The notes beneath the pieces were generated by a model that made no database searches, had not been told where the DNA came from, and saw nothing but the letters and a program-made list of their open reading frames with translations. This document shows, in pieces, positions 1 through 15,460 of a stretch of DNA of 62,992 nt. Both the position numbers and the translations under genes were made by a program. Each line of letters begins with the position of its first letter. Within the stretch, counting starts at the first letter, position 1. The stretch comes from Salpingoeca rosetta (Eukaryota; Protista; Choanoflagellata), in the NCBI GenBank assembly GCA_033442325.1, contig JAWQFM010000018.1, positions 1,285,580 through 1,348,571 of the forward strand. The letters are read 5' to 3'.

Positions 1-1
1 T

Positions 2-58
<57 letters not shown>

Positions 59-67
59 GGTGTTCAG

Positions 68-1472
68 GCGTCGATGGTGACGCGACTGCTGCACGCCAAT
101 GCTGCCGACCAGTTCTCAGCCATCCTCCTCTCGGTACAAACATGCACGCACACATACATGCTCATGTGCATACACACCCACACTCACACGCACACTCGCA
201 CACACACGCACACGCACACTTCACTGCCGCCTCAACTTTGCTTCCCGTGACTTGCTTCCGACGTCTCTCACCACCATCACCACCACCATTATCACCACCA
301 CCATCGCCACCACCATTGCCACCATGACGCAGGGCAACATCCGTGCGATCAAGGCGCTTGTGCGCATCTTTGCTAAAGGGATTGAGGCTGTGAGCGAGAG
401 CGCAGACGTGACGGCCGCCATGTCCGAGACGACAACAGCGCTCCTCACACACGTCATCGCCATCATCAAGAACAGGAAGTCAGTGCCGTTTGAAATTCCT
501 TTGCCGCGTGTTGTGGCTGTGCATTGAAGGTGGTTGTTTGTTGTTGTGGTTTGTACTGGTTACTTTGGATTGTGCGACGCAACACTTGTGTCTCCTTCTC
601 ACCCCTATCATGACTGCCACCACCATCATCACCATCATCATCACCACCACGACAACGACCCACCACCATCATCATGATCGTGATCATCATCGTCGTCGTC
701 GTCATCGTGATTGTTCGTCAGGGTTGGACTGGATGGTCGCGCTGCTGCCGTCAACGCCATCATGACAAACGCAAAGCGAGCCGACATTGCAAAGAGGTGT
801 GGATCGTCACTGTGTCATGACTGACTGCTTGACGTCGCATGTTCGTGCTTGCATGCTGGTGCTTACACACACTCTCACACTCACACACACATTCACTCAC
901 TCACTCACACGCTCACTCACTCACACTCACACTCACACGCTCGCACGCTCAAAACACACACCTCCATACACTCACACACCGTGGCATTACATCAGGTTCA
1001 TGACGCTTGGCGGTGTGCGTGCGCTGTTGATCCTCGCTGCCCTGAGCCCCTCCCCACTGCAGCATGCGCAGGCAGCAGCAGCAGCAGCAGAGGGGAAGAA
1101 GCAGGTGACCAAGGGTGACAAGAAGGAAGGAGATAAAGGCAAGGACGATACCGCTGGTGCTGGCGATGCAAATGACGGCGCGCTTGGACTGCGTGGTGCC
1201 ATCTCCGTGACCCTTCAGCGCATTCATGATGCAACCAAGGCCAAAGGACTGCCTGACGAGCAGTTTGTTGCCGACTGCCTCAACCAAGTCAAGTGCGTGT
1301 GTTGTTGCTTGAATCAAAGCTTCAGTGCTGGGTGGTGTGACGCTGCTTGTGTTGTGTGGTCTTGATGATGCACCCGCGGACACCACTTGACAACTGTCAT
1401 AAACTGACAGCAACTCAACGCCCCATGCGGCGCGCACACGTGTGTGTGTCTGTTTGTGCGTCTGTGTGCGTC

Positions 1473-1531
<59 letters not shown>

Positions 1532-1544
1532 GTGTCTGTGTGTG

Positions 1545-1576
<32 letters not shown>

Positions 1577-3251
1577 CATGTTTTCAGGTTTGTTGACGAC
1601 CCCCAGGCCAACCTGCCTGCCACGAATGTTCTCATCACCATCATGGCCGCTGTTGTTGATGTCGGCAACCAGGTGTCGTTTCCACACACAAACACACACA
1701 CACACACATGGATGCATGCACTGCTCATCACGCTTGCCCTTACATCATCTGTGCTGTTGTGCTGCACCTCCCATATGGCCATCCTCTCACGCACACGACT
1801 CCCATACACACCACCACCACCACCACCACCATCATGAACATGTGTCTGGCGCCGCAACAGATCCTGGAGCATGAGGATGTGTTTGCGCATCTGATGAAGA
1901 TGGCGCAGTCTTCGGATATGGAGGTGCAGTGTGCCGCTGCTGAGGCCATTGCACACGCCGCATCAGACAAGAAGCGAGCACGTGGAATCATGATGGAGGT
2001 GCGCGCGTGTATTCGCGTGTGTTGTGTTTATCTCTGTTGTGTGTGTGTGTGTGTGTGTGTGTGTTGACAGTCGTTTGTTGGAGTTTGCAACAGCTTCGGT
2101 TACAGTTCCTCAACGCCTCCCGCCCAACACACACGCAAACGCGTGTGCATTAGCTGCCGTTGTTCCCTCATCGCACCACATGCACCCCCCCCCCCAACAC
2201 CCAACGCGCCGCCTCTATCTAGGGTTTCCCGATCCTGAAGACGCTGTATGCAAAGGAGCTGCCTGATGTGATTCGTGTGCGGGCGCTGTGCGGCCTGTGC
2301 AAGATGGCGAGTGTTGGCTCTGGCGCCAAGAATCTTCGCTCCATGTCCGAACACTCCATGATCAACCTCGCAAAGAAACTCAGGCCGTGAGTTGCAATGC
2401 GTCTTGCTTGTAGTGCTGTATGTCTGTCGTGTGGTTTTGTTATGTTGGTGTTTTTGATGTTGGATTTTGTTTGGACGACGGGCAAGTCAATGACACTGTT
2501 GCGGTCGCGCAACAAGAGATCCATCCATGCAATTGCTGTTTCCAATGCTTGCAGGCATCACACGCTTGTCACATCCCCCGTCATGTGAGCATGTGTTCAC
2601 CACCACCACCACCTCGTCCTCCTCCTCGACCATGACAGGTTTCTGCTTGAGTCGTCGCACGATGACGATGTGCGCAAGTGGGCGAGCGAGGGTCTGGCGT
2701 ACCTCAGCCTCGATGCCGATGTCAAGGAGCTCATTTCCAATGACGATGCCGTCCTTAAGGCCGTGCACCGCGTCTGCGTCGGCCAAGGTGCGCGCACACA
2801 CACACACATACGCAGCAGCAACACCAACAGCAATAACACCAAGCACAAGAGCAACGACAACATCTTAAATCATAGTGGTGGTGGTACTGCTGTTGATGTC
2901 AGGAGTGTGTGGGGGGGGTGGTTTGTTTGGTTCTTGACACACTCGCACTCACATTCACTTCACCAACATGTTGTGTGTGTGCATACGTGCTGTTGCTCGC
3001 GCCAGACACGACCATCCAGTTTTCGCTGGCGAACATGCTTGTGAATTTGACCAACAGCTTCGACAAACCGGAGGCATCCGAGGAGCAGGAACAGCTGAAG
3101 AAACTCGGTGCTGTTGTTGTTTAAGTTGTTGTTTAAGTTGTTGTTGTTGTTGTTGTTGTTCGTGTGCTCGTGTGTTCGTGTGCGAGAGATAGCGCATCCC
3201 CTGCCTGCATTGACATGAGCGCATATGTGTGCGTGTGTGCGTGTGTGTGTG

Positions 3252-3344
<93 letters not shown>

Positions 3345-4480
3345 CGGACCCATGTTGCTTGCAGGCAAGTTTGCCGGAGAAAACATCCCCGAGCCGCATG
3401 AGAAGGACGCAGATGAGTTTGTCCAAAAGCGAGGTGCGTTCATCGTATGCATGTGTGTGCGTGCGTGTGTGTGTGTGTGTGTGTGAGAGAGTTTTCGCGT
3501 ATGTCACGGATGTCATGGCACACAAGAACACTCTCACACTCTCCTCGTGTTTTGTACACCCTCTCAATGGTTGCATTTCTTTATTGTGTGTGCGTGTGTG
3601 TGCAGTTGACCGGCTGGTTGAGCACGGGTTCGTGACGGCGCTGGTGCAGCTCTCAAAGACCCAGAGCGAGGGAACCCGCGAACAGGTATGCACACGCACA
3701 CATTCGCGCCGTCCACTACTTGTTTTGCACCCCCCCCCCTTCATCACCCACCACGTTCACCGCCGTCACCACGACTGTGCGGATGTGTGCCACAGGTTGC
3801 GCGTGTGCTGCTTGCGCTGACGGAGAAGCAGCAGCATCGTGGCACCGTTGTTGCCCAGGGCGGCGCGCGCGTACTGCTCGAACTCGCCCGCGAAAACACG
3901 GACAAGGGTACGCAGCACACACGCAGCTTTGTTTGCTTGTTTGCTTGCTTGGTTTGTTTGCTTGCTTGGTTTGTTTGTTTGTTTGTTTGTTTGTTTGTGT
4001 GCCTGTCTGTCTAAAGCCCATGTCCACATTCCTCCCATGTCAGTTTGCATTCGCCCCGCTCACGTGTTCCGATTTACTCATGTTGGATGTGGCAGGCATG
4101 ATCAAGGCTGCCCACGCGCTTGCAAAGATTGCAATCACCACAGACCCAACGTAAGCCCCGCTCTTGTTCTTGCTCACCATGTTACGATAGCCTGCTTTAC
4201 ATGTTGCGTGCTCACATGTGCACCTGCACACCTCCACCACTACTCCTCCCATGCACGTGCGCATGTTGTTGTTGTCTTCAGGATTGCGTTTCCTGGTCAG
4301 CGCGTCGCCGAACTCGTCAAGCCACTCGTCAAACTCTCAAGGTGACACACACACACACACACGTCACACATGCACACATACACACGCACACACCGAGCCG
4401 GATTGCTTGCACATTTTCATGCGCACAACATCAACCATGCCATGATCTGCCTTTTTTTCGTGGCGCTGTGGATGCTAACG

Positions 4481-4566
<86 letters not shown>

Positions 4567-6685
4567 CCACCACCACTGCCGATGGTTCAGGGAGCGCAAC
4601 GGGCTGATGATGTTTGAGGCGGCAATGGCCATGACAAACCTTGCTTCCATCAATGATGACCTCAGGTGCTGCTTTCGTGTCGTCGCAATCCCCTCATGTG
4701 CGCATGTGTGTGCATGCGTGTGTGTGTGTTGCGTATTCGAACGTGTGTTTGTACGTTTGTCCACGTGGCTGTTCGTGTGTGCAACTCCCTGTACCTCATC
4801 AACGTGACATCAACTACCACTGCCAGGAACAAGCTGCTGCGAGACAAAGCGGTTGCGCGGTTGGAGGACATGATGTTTGATGAGGATCCACTCATTCGCC
4901 GCGCAGCAACAGAGGGGCTCTGTAACTGCTTCTACTCGGAGAAAATCTTCGACCAGGTGACACAATGTGCATTATGGGGAGTGGTGCGTGTGTGGCGTGT
5001 GGCGTGTGGCGTGGAGAGAGGGTCGTGCGTTGTTTTTGGGCTTCACCGCATGTTGTGCAGTTGCCAGTGCGCATGTTAGCTATGGTGTGGCGCATTGTGC
5101 CGTGTCGTATGCACCACTTGCCTTCGTCTCATCTCTGGTGTCACCACGTGTACTCCTTTCCCCGCTGCTCTTGTTGTTGTTGCTGCTGTTCAACAGTTTG
5201 CGAAGAAGGATGGCGCGAGCTTTGAGCGACTGAAGCTCTGGATTCTCTTCGCCGGCGTTGAGCAGGACGACTTTGACCTCCGTAAGCACACAATCATACA
5301 CACACACGCACGTGCCGTTATATTCGCACGCATGCACTCGTGTAAACCTATGCACGCAAGCGCGCGCGCACACACATACACACTCACACTCATGCACACA
5401 CACACATACACACAACGCACTCACACTCATGCACACACATACACGTACACACACACACACAACGCACTCACACACATGCACACACATACACGTACACACA
5501 CACAACGCACTCACAAACACACACACACGCACACACACTCATGCACACACACACAATGCCATGTGTCTGCAGCGACGTGCCGTGCTGCGAGCGGCGGACT
5601 GGCGATTTTGTCCAGCAGCCCCGACGTGTGTCAGCGCATTGTGGACGAGAAGCAAGGCATGCAGGTCCTCAAGGAGCTCATGGTACGCCAAGGCAATGTT
5701 GGGGGGGGGGGAGGGTGGTTGTTTTGCTTGGGGGGGGGGGTGGCTGGTGCTTGCTCTGCACTGTGCTGTGGAATGCCTGTGGGCAGTCTTTAGTTCTGTT
5801 TCCCGATATGGGAGTGTCATGCGCAATTCACACACACACACACGCACACACACACTTGTGCAGGTGTGCGGAGAGGCTGAGCTGCAGCATCGTGGCCTCC
5901 ACATTGCTCGCAACATGGTGGCAACCAGCAAGGTCAGTGGCATTGTGAATTGTGACCGTTCATCCCGTGTTGCCTGCATGCACTGTCAAAAGTGGAGAAA
6001 TCAAAAACAACGCCCTCCATCTCATTCGTTGTTGTTCTGCCTTTGGCTTACACAGGAGATTGCACAGCATTTTACGGAGCAAGAAATGCTCGTGATCATC
6101 ACAGCACTGGAAGTCACGTCCACCAACGTCACCATCAAGCAATACACCCTCAACGTACGTCAACATCGCTTTGTCAAACACAAACACACAAACACGAACA
6201 AACAAACAACGCAAACACACCCACACCCACATACATATACACAAACAACGAAAACACACACACAAAAAAAAAAAACGCAAACGTGTGCTTCCCTCCCCTC
6301 CCCTCTTCCCTCCTTGTGTACATGCTCACAGATTCTGGAGCAGCTTGCCAAGTACGGGCTGGTTGAGTCTGTTGAAGCCGTGCGCAAGTCTGCCGTTGGC
6401 GCTGCTGCGGAGATACAGGCAATGCGCCAACGCTGGCAGGAGGAGGCAAAGGCGCGGCAGGAGGAAGAGGAAGAGGAAGAGGAACTGAGTGATGCCGATG
6501 ATGATGGTGATGACAAGGAAGAGGAGGAGGTGGAGGAGATTGAAGCAGACACGACGAAGAAGATGGAGAAGACGAAGAAGAAAGGCGACAAGAAAGCGGA
6601 TGATGTGGAGGAAGCGCCACAATACGTTGCGCCCGCACGCCCTGATGATGACACGGGACCCAAGGTGGAGATCCTCGAGGAATAG
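68..6685 (+). CDS. UNC45: UNC-45 myosin chaperone (central + UCS/ARM domain), multi-exon; 5' part (TPR) lies upstream of the window
   Basis: Spliced exons give UCS signature peptides [106 protein letters not shown] and [12 protein letters not shown]. Stop TAG at 6683-6685 follows an acidic tail. Confidence 0.93.
4481..4566. repeat. Intronic (CAT)n microsatellite
   Basis: Pure CAT run just upstream of an UNC-45 splice acceptor; a similar run lies at ~38422-38520 in DDX1. Confidence 0.9.
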
Positions 6686-6742
6686 CCAACGCACACAGCC
6701 ACGCACGCGCTTGTCTGTGTGTGTGTGTGTGTGTGTGTGTCT

Positions 6743-6774
<32 letters not shown>

Positions 6775-7738
6775 CTGTCTGACCTTGCCACCTCTATATG
6801 TGCCACCCTCCCCCCCCCCCTCAATCGTGCACACCAATCCCTTACCTGCGTCTCACGTGCTGCCTCCACATCCTCCCTCAACATGCTCAATTGGAGCTCT
6901 CGCATAAACCCCGGTCTCTTGTTTGCGTGTGTGTTATTGGAAGGTCACGCGGTGACAACAGAGATACGGAGAGGGCGCTCCAAACAACACACGCCCAGAA
7001 GCAAAAAGAGGAGGAAGAAGAAGAGAAGAGGGCATCTTACATGTTGTGCACAGCACAGGCAGAGATATAAGGGAAGGGTAAGGAAGGGAGACAATTATCG
7101 CTTGTCAAACATCGAACGCTAGTTGGGAAAGGGGGTAACGGATGCCTGCGCACACGCGTCAATGGCAATGTGTGCAGCAACAATGAGACACCGAGTGTGC
7201 ATCAATTTGCGGTCAGCAACAACAATGGACTAACCAAATCAAACAGAGCGCACACGCACAGGCGCTTGAGAGGGGAGGGATGGGTGGCACGTGAGGCGAG
7301 GTTATGTGATGTGAAAGCAATGCAACAACACAATAACAGGACAGAGACCAGCCGATACCAAAACAAGACCTCACGTGCATGTATGGGGAAGTGGACGGGT
7401 TGTGCACGTTGCGCGCCGTGCACGACATATGTACAGTGCCAATCCATCCACACCAACACGCACCAGGACACCAGCGAGTGCACACGGGGCTGTCACAGAC
7501 AGCGCGATGATGCGCACGCGTGCCATGGGAACTGATGGGTGCGCCACTACAACCGTGGGATGGTTGACAAGAGGATGGAACGAGGGGGTGATAATGCACG
7601 CAGTGGGCGTGAAACACATTCCATGGAGAAGTGGTGGTAACGAGGGTTGGAAAGGAGGGCTTGCCTTGACCAAAGCACAACGCAGAGGGTACGAGAGACG
7701 TGGGCAGGGTGAACGGTGTCCATGTTCGCGCCTTCACT

Positions 7739-8428
7739 TCAGTTGTCCCACATGGTGATGAGCTTCCACTCGCCCGGAATTTCGGACTTGATGTACACGA
7801 GACCGTTTGCCTGCGTGGACTCAATCTCCGCGTTGATGGCGGCGACAGACACGCCGTGTTGAAGCATGCCCTTCACAATCTGCCGCATAATCTTCTTCCC
7901 TGTGGATGTGATCATAACAACGGGGCAGCATGGGGGGGGGTGTGGAGGCGAGAGGGTGAGAAAACACTGAGTGATGGAGGACACAAGGTTACCGTCGGGT
8001 GGTGATGATATGAAGGCTGATTACAGAGGAGATGCAAGCACGTGCACAGCGTTTCGGATTCCAAAATACATGTGTGACCTACAGTAGGTGACGGAGAACT
8101 TGGCGTTTGAGCCCTCTGTGACCTTCACCTGTTGGTACACCTCGTGTTTGGACACCAGCTTGCCCAGGTGCTTGTGTAGATCGCGGGTGAAGTTGTTGAT
8201 TGTGCTGGCAAACTTTGCCTGCAGGCAAAACCAAATCCAAAGAGAAGCGCACGTGAAGCAGTGTGTGAGATTGTGTGCGACGAGTGGCAAGAGCCTTGCA
8301 GATGCACAACAAGCAGGTTGGGCCTCAACGTTCGTTCACGTGGCACACACACACATGCCACACATACATGCATACGTGCGGTTATATTCGCACACACACC
8401 CGTTCACACACACCCGTTCACACACACA

Positions 8429-8510
<82 letters not shown>

Positions 8511-10067
8511 GTACACGTACGAGGACGGGAAAGGACGGAGCCTGCGCAGGGGACCTGCCACCAGCGCTGCTGGCGCCACCAGTGGCAGCCACTACGGACG
8601 GCGATGCTGATGGTGACACTTCGTGGGACCGAGTGGTGTGGTGCTCGCGCCTCCGCTGTTGTCGCGCTTGCCGGCGCCTGCGGCCCGCACGCTGTGCTTT
8701 CCCACCACCAGCATGACGAGCACTGCTGCTGCTGCCGCTGTTGCCACCCATGGCGGTGGTGGCAACATCTGCAGTGGCTGCTGGAGCAAGGCCGGTTGGG
8801 CCGATGCTCGGGGAGTGGGGGCCGGGCATGGCGGAGGGCGCTTGTGTCTGCGCAGGAGGCATCCCGCCCTGGTTCGCAGCCACACCGCCAAACAAGAGGC
8901 GCGGATCTGGCATGCCAGGCGCCATGTCTGGCATGCGCTGCTGCTGTTGCTGCTGTTGTTGCTGTTGCTGTTGAAGCATCTGGAACTGAGCAAACACCTG
9001 CTGCTGCTGCTGGGCGAGGAGGGCGCTGACATGGGTGAACTGGTGCCGCTGCAGATGATGCACCAGTTGCTGCAGCAGCCGCGGCGATGACTGGGCCTGA
9101 TCCAAGGCAAGGGCATGCAGTGGAACGCCCTGGGGCTGCATTTGGGGCTGCTGGTGCTGGTGCTGGTGCTGGTGCTGGTGCTGGTGTGGCTGCATGCTCT
9201 GTTGGGGCTGCGACATGTCACATGCTGGCGGGAGCACGGGCGATGGTTTTGCCGTGTCCTGGGTCATGGCATCTGCGAGGTGATGTTGGACCTGCTCTTG
9301 CTGTTGCGGCTGGGCCGTGAACTGCTGATGAAGCGGGTGTGGCCGGTGGATGGGCTGCGGCGCTGCAAACGCTGTCAGCGGGGGCGACTGTCGTGCCAAC
9401 TGCTGCAGCATGGGGTCTGGCACGGGCGAAGGCGTAAGCATGAGGCCTGACATGGTGGCGTCGTCGGTGTGGGCTGCGTAGGCCTGGGCGTGCTCAAACG
9501 TGGTGGGGACGTGAACGGTGGACGATGCCGGTGCAGCGGGTTGGGACTGCGCTTGGTACTGGGGCTGCTGGTATTGGGATGTGTATGAACTGCTGTCTTC
9601 GGTGTGCGGTGACTGGTCAATGTCTGTGACCACCTGGGCCGGCGTGGGTTGGTGGAAGGATGGCAACTCTGCAAAATCGCTGGGTTCGTTCGTGCCAAAA
9701 GGGTGGGTCCTGTTCGCGTGCACAAGAGGAGCGATGCAAGGGCGAGTGCGGCGGAAGAAGAAAGAGGGGTGAGTACGAGCGTGAGCGTGGGCTTGCGCGT
9801 AAGCATGGGTACGAGCGTGAGCGTGGGCTTGCGCGTGAGCGACAACAGGGCATGTTCACAGGCAAGAACAAACCAACACGGCACACATACGCACATGTAG
9901 ACACGCGGGCGACAAGACACATACACGCACATTCTTCATACACATGTACATACATACGTACACACTCTCCTTCTCACTCACAGACCCGCACATACACACA
10001 TGCATTCATTCACGCATATTCGACATCTTACTCACATGACAGGCCGTTCGGCTATGGACGTTGACAT
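7739..10067 (-). CDS. Hypothetical protein: Q/P/H-rich low-complexity region, basic patch (RRRRQARQQRRR), ~100 aa globular C-terminal domain
   Basis: Phase-consistent exons: 10067-10036 (MSTSIAERPV, donor gtgagt), ~9709-8521, 8218-~8083 (AKFASTINNF...FSVTY), ~7899-7739 (WKKIMRQIVKGML...WKLITMWDN*). No family recognised. Confidence 0.7.
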
Positions 10068-12416
10068 TGCCTCTCACGCGAAATGCCAAACACAAAGCCA
10101 AGCGGAAGAATGCAAATGAGAGGGATCGAGGGAAGGTTGTTCGAGTGTTTGCACTGACACCTGACGGCGGTTGGTTGCTGGGAGCGGTGGGGTGTGCTGT
10201 TGCTGTGAAAACGGCGGGCGTTGCTGTTGTTACACCAGATGAAGATGAGCAAGACGGGTTGCTGGTCCTGGCAGTGGGGCTGCGCAGCCTTGTTGTTTCG
10301 GTGCGTAGCACGTGCGTGTGGGGGTGGTGTTTGTTTGTTGTTGTCCTGGTCACAGACACAGAAGTAATCCCTCAACTGAGTGGGGAAGTGGGTCGTTGCA
10401 AACGAGGTTGAAGCTGCAAGCTTCTCAACCAAAAGTGCACAGCACTGCGCGTGGCGCCGGGGGGGGGGGGTTGTTTTGTGTTTTCCCCTCCTGTGTGACG
10501 TCGTCGTGATGAACGCTGGCTCACGCGGGTGGAAGAGAGAGGTGTTGGAGGGGGGGGGGAGGAAGGGCTGATGGGACGAGACGGCGCCGGGCCGCAGCAA
10601 AGCAGGGGACTGCTGTTGAGCAGCGGTGTGAAGTTGCACGCAACGAGAGAGAGAGAGGAGGGAGAGAGAGGAGAGAGAGAGAGGAGAGAGCAAAGCAAGA
10701 AGGGAAGAGGTTCAGGAAAGTGGTGGTGATGCTGCTGCTGGTATTGAGCAGGCAGGCTGTGGGAAGGGTCGTGTCAAACAGCAGAAAGCACAGGGAGCGA
10801 ATGGAAGTGGGGGGGGGAGCGGCGTCAGTGTTACAAAGAGACGGAGCACGGAAACCCACGCGTGTGTTTCAAACACCACTCACGAGGACGTGGTTGTGTG
10901 TTTGTGTGAGTGAAAGGGATGGGAGGGGGGAAAAGGCAGGAATGCCTGGTATTGGGAATCAGGGTTCAAACGCACGCGCGCCACTGGCGCCAGCTTTGTG
11001 TGGCGGGCGTGCTTGAGAGTGGAACAAGAGAGGGATGTGGTGGCTTCAAACACGAAGACGACCACAACACAACACAAGGGCGAGCGAGCGGCAGAGGATG
11101 GCTCGACAAGCACCAGGCCACGTTCCCCAAAACACGTCGAGATGACGAGAGAGCCGGCGCGCGCCAACGGAATTCGACAAGGTTTGACACGTCTCACCAC
11201 CCAGACACACGTTGGGGGAAAGACCAGCAAAAGCAGAGAGGCACAGCAAAACAAGAAGTAAGCAAGCAAGCAGGCAAGCGCCACTTCTATCGTGTGTATC
11301 GCTTGTCGCTCTCGCGCGCGCAAGGACGAGGGGGGAAAAGTCGGTTGGGGGAGTGTGCTTTGTGGTGTGTGGTTGAGTGCAGAAGAAAGAGAGAGGCCAG
11401 CGAGCGAGCAAAAGAAGGAGAAGTGGGGAGAGACGCACAAGCATCCAAGCAAGAAGGGGAAGAAGAAAGAGGGAAAAGCAACAACCTCGCACATGCAACG
11501 ACAAGGAAAATGCAGGATGCTGGTGTGGCGATGAAAGGAGAGCTCGCGTGGACAGGGGACCTTGCTTGACTTGGTTGTGATGTTTGGTTTGGACACGCGC
11601 AATTCCCGCTGCAGCGCTCCCACGCCTTGACGTTGCTCGTGCTGTTGCTGCGCGTGGGTGACATGCAGCGCGCAGCATTGGTGGCCGTTGCCGTGCAGCG
11701 TGGGACAACCGCCAACGGTCACCTTGCTCACGCAACCCAAATGCATGCAGGCAACGGGTCAAAGCGGCCACCGAAGGCGAAAGGACGTGCTTTTTTCGTG
11801 GATGTACCACAATTTTTATCCCGGGTAGCGTATTGTCGCGAAGCGCGGCGCCCTTTGTTCGTTGTGGCCGTTAATGTCGCACGCACTCGAAACCAAGGTG
11901 TGCGTATTTTTTATTATTCTGGTGGTGCAAGCAGCAACTGCGCTTGTTGCCAGACAAGTGGCGAGCGAGGTGATCGGGAGCCAGGGAGGCAAGCAAGCAA
12001 GGCGGGAGACAAAGCAAGCAAGCAAGGCTGCAGCAGCAAGGCAGCACAGAAGTGTGACGTCAGAAACAAACGCCCCTTTTGTGGCAATGGTCGCTTGCTT
12101 GGGGATGTGGCATGTTGCCGTGGTATGATGAGGGGACGACAACAACAACAACAATGACACCCGTCGCGCCAGTGACGCCAGTGACGTGAGATTCGATCAT
12201 GGGAACGCTCGTGCAGCGTGTGTGTGGTGTGCGTGTGGTGTGTGTGTGGTGTGTGGGCGGTGAAGGTTGGGTTGCGTGAACGAGAGCCTAGGTTGCGAGA
12301 GTTGTAGGCTAACAATGAGGTGACGACAAGTCGACAGTGCACGAGCCGTGGCGTGAGCAGTTGTGCGCTGCAGCAAGTGCAGTGCCTTCGTGCTCTGCTC
12401 TGCTCTAGGCTGCCTG

Positions 12417-12455
12417 TTATGCTGATGACGAAGTTGTTGACACAGCATCCTCTCC

Positions 12456-12552
<97 letters not shown>

Positions 12553-13286
12553 GCTGCCGCTGGTGGTGGGGGTGGCGACGCTGCAAGCTCCTCCAACACC
12601 TTGTGCATGCGCTGGCGCGCCTTCTTCTTGTTCGACAGCGTCGCGTTCACAAGCTGCGTCAGCTGACGTTGCGTGTACATCTGCAAGTGTGTGTGTGTGT
12701 GTGCATGTACGTGTGTGTGCTTGGCGAAACGGAGCGTTCCAAATACACGTGCGAAGAAACAGGGGGCAGCATGGGAGCACACGCGTTGAGTGCACGCACC
12801 ATAAAGTGTTGCCGCAGCCACGCCTCGAGGTCGTCCTCCGCCAGGTAATACGCGGTGATGTAGTTTTGCACCAGCTCCACATTCGGCCTTGACATGTGTA
12901 CAGAGATCGTCAGATAGGCAGACGTGGAGCCGGTGGAGACGTGGAGAGAGGTAGAGAGGTGAACACAAACATTCATGTACACACGCACACAGACACACAG
13001 ATACACACACACACACACAGACACACATATACATACTCACACACATACACCCACTGCACGGCAAGTCAAGGCCAAAACTCACTTGACGGACGTGAATTTC
13101 TCGATTCTGTTGAGAAACTGCTTGTAGTCGAGCTGCATCAGCGCCCGCCCCTCGTTCGTGCATTTCTTCGCAAGCGCAAACCTACAAACACACACACACA
13201 CGTGCACACATACGCGTGACACGACATGAGCGTGCACAAATACGCACGACGCATCAGATGTTGAACGGAGACAGAAACACACTTCA

Positions 13287-13333
<47 letters not shown>

Positions 13334-13804
13334 CACGTACACACACACACCCGTCAACAAATGCGAGGTTTGTCTGCAAGAGCAGTTCCTGCCAAATCAG
13401 CTTCCTGGCGCCCTCGGGAAGTCGTTTTCTGTCGCGGGGTAATGCCACACGTGAGATAAATAACAACAAATGCAAAGCAAACACACACACATACATACAC
13501 ACACAATCCCACATACACACACACACAAACACACACAAACACACACACACACACACACATACATACACAACCCCGTGCATGGTGACTCACTCTCCGAGCG
13601 TGGCGAAGCGACCGTGGATGACTGTAAAATGCTGCACGAGCTCATCCACGTATGCGCTGTGCTCCGTCGTCACTTCTTTCTTGTCAAACCTGCCAGAACA
13701 ACGTTGCGTCAGATGTGACAGTGTGTGCGTGTGTGTGAGTTGCAAGAAATGATGCAGTCGTTGCCTCAACGGCTGGCGTTGCGTCATGCACACGAGCGAG
13801 GCAC

Positions 13805-13840
<36 letters not shown>

Positions 13841-14109
13841 GTGTACCTGGCGCGGGAGAAGAGGCCAACGACGTGCTGGTAATCCAGGATCCGTTGACAC
13901 ACGTGCTTGTACACAAACCAGCGAACCTCAACAACATGGTCCACAGTCTGTGCAGATTCCCGTGGGCACAGGATGGTGGATGAGGAGGTGGCGGGGGCGA
14001 GCAGTTGTGGTGGTGCGGCTCATGTCGCTGAAAACAGCATGCACAGCGAGGTGACAAGGGTGCACACACACACGCACACACACACACACACGCACACACA
14101 CACACACAC

Positions 14110-14189
<80 letters not shown>

Positions 14190-15418
14190 GCGCGCGCAAA
14201 AAAAAAAAAAAAAAAAAAGGCGCTCGTGCGCGTACGTTCGCGTAAAAGGCGGCGAGGTGCGGGTGTGCAGTGTCGGGGAGGCGGCGGAGCAGCGTGCGAC
14301 GCAGCGAGCGGAAGACCGTCCCCAGGAACATGCTGATGGTGTTGTGTGGGGGCAGACGTCAGATGGTGGCGATGAGAGGCAGGGCGAGACAGAGACGTAT
14401 CGAGACAGAGGTGCATACAGTATTGACTCATCTCGCTCACTCGCATGCGCCCATGCACACGCGCTAAACATGATGATCATGCACACAAACAAGCACACAA
14501 GCACACAAACAAGCAACCAACCAAACAAGCAACCAACCAAACAAACAAACAAACAAACAAGCAAACACAAACACACAAATACAAACAAACAAACAAACAA
14601 ACAAACAAACAAACAAACGCGAAGCGCGTGTACGTACAGCCCTTCCGCTGCGGTGACGCGGGCGTCGAGGGCAAAGACGTTTTGGGAGAGGTTGAGCGGC
14701 ACGGAATCAAGGAGCTGCGGATGTGTAATTGGTGGCCCGGATTTCCGACGCATCTTGGCCACGAGCGACGCAACAGAGGTCGATGGTGATGGCGGTGCTG
14801 TCGTTGCGCTGGTGGCGGTGTTGCTGCTGTTGCTGTCTGCCTCAGGCTTATTAGCTTCATCACCACCATCACCATCACCATCCTGCCCATCCTCCTCCCC
14901 CTCCTCCTCATCATCACCACCACCACCACCACCACCACCATCAGTTGTTGCGCGGCCGTCCTGCGGGTCCAGCTCCTCGCCGCCACCACCACCATCGCCA
15001 GCTGCCTCCTCCTGCACGTATGTGTGTGTGTGTGTGTGTGAAAAGGAGTTGATGCGTGTGAGAGAGTATGAGTGTGTACACGCATGCGTGTGTTGGTACA
15101 CTTGCTGGGGCGTGTGCTTTACACGCGTGCAAGTTGTTGGCTGTGACGTGAATGTAGTAGCACGCACACCAATAACCCCAAGCACCATCTGCAACGGCAA
15201 GCACAGCAGCTGCTTTCATCACATTGCGACTTTACCGCCGTGAACGCGGCAATGACGTCATCAGCGCGTGCAAGCGTCGCCCTGGCGGCCGGTGACAGAA
15301 TGCTGAGCGACAACTGCACCTGTAGTGGTCGTCGTCGTCGTCATTGTTATGGTGTGAATGGAGTACGCGCGCACACACACAATTTCTACACCACACACAC
15401 ACACACACGCACACACAC

Positions 15419-15460
<42 letters not shown>

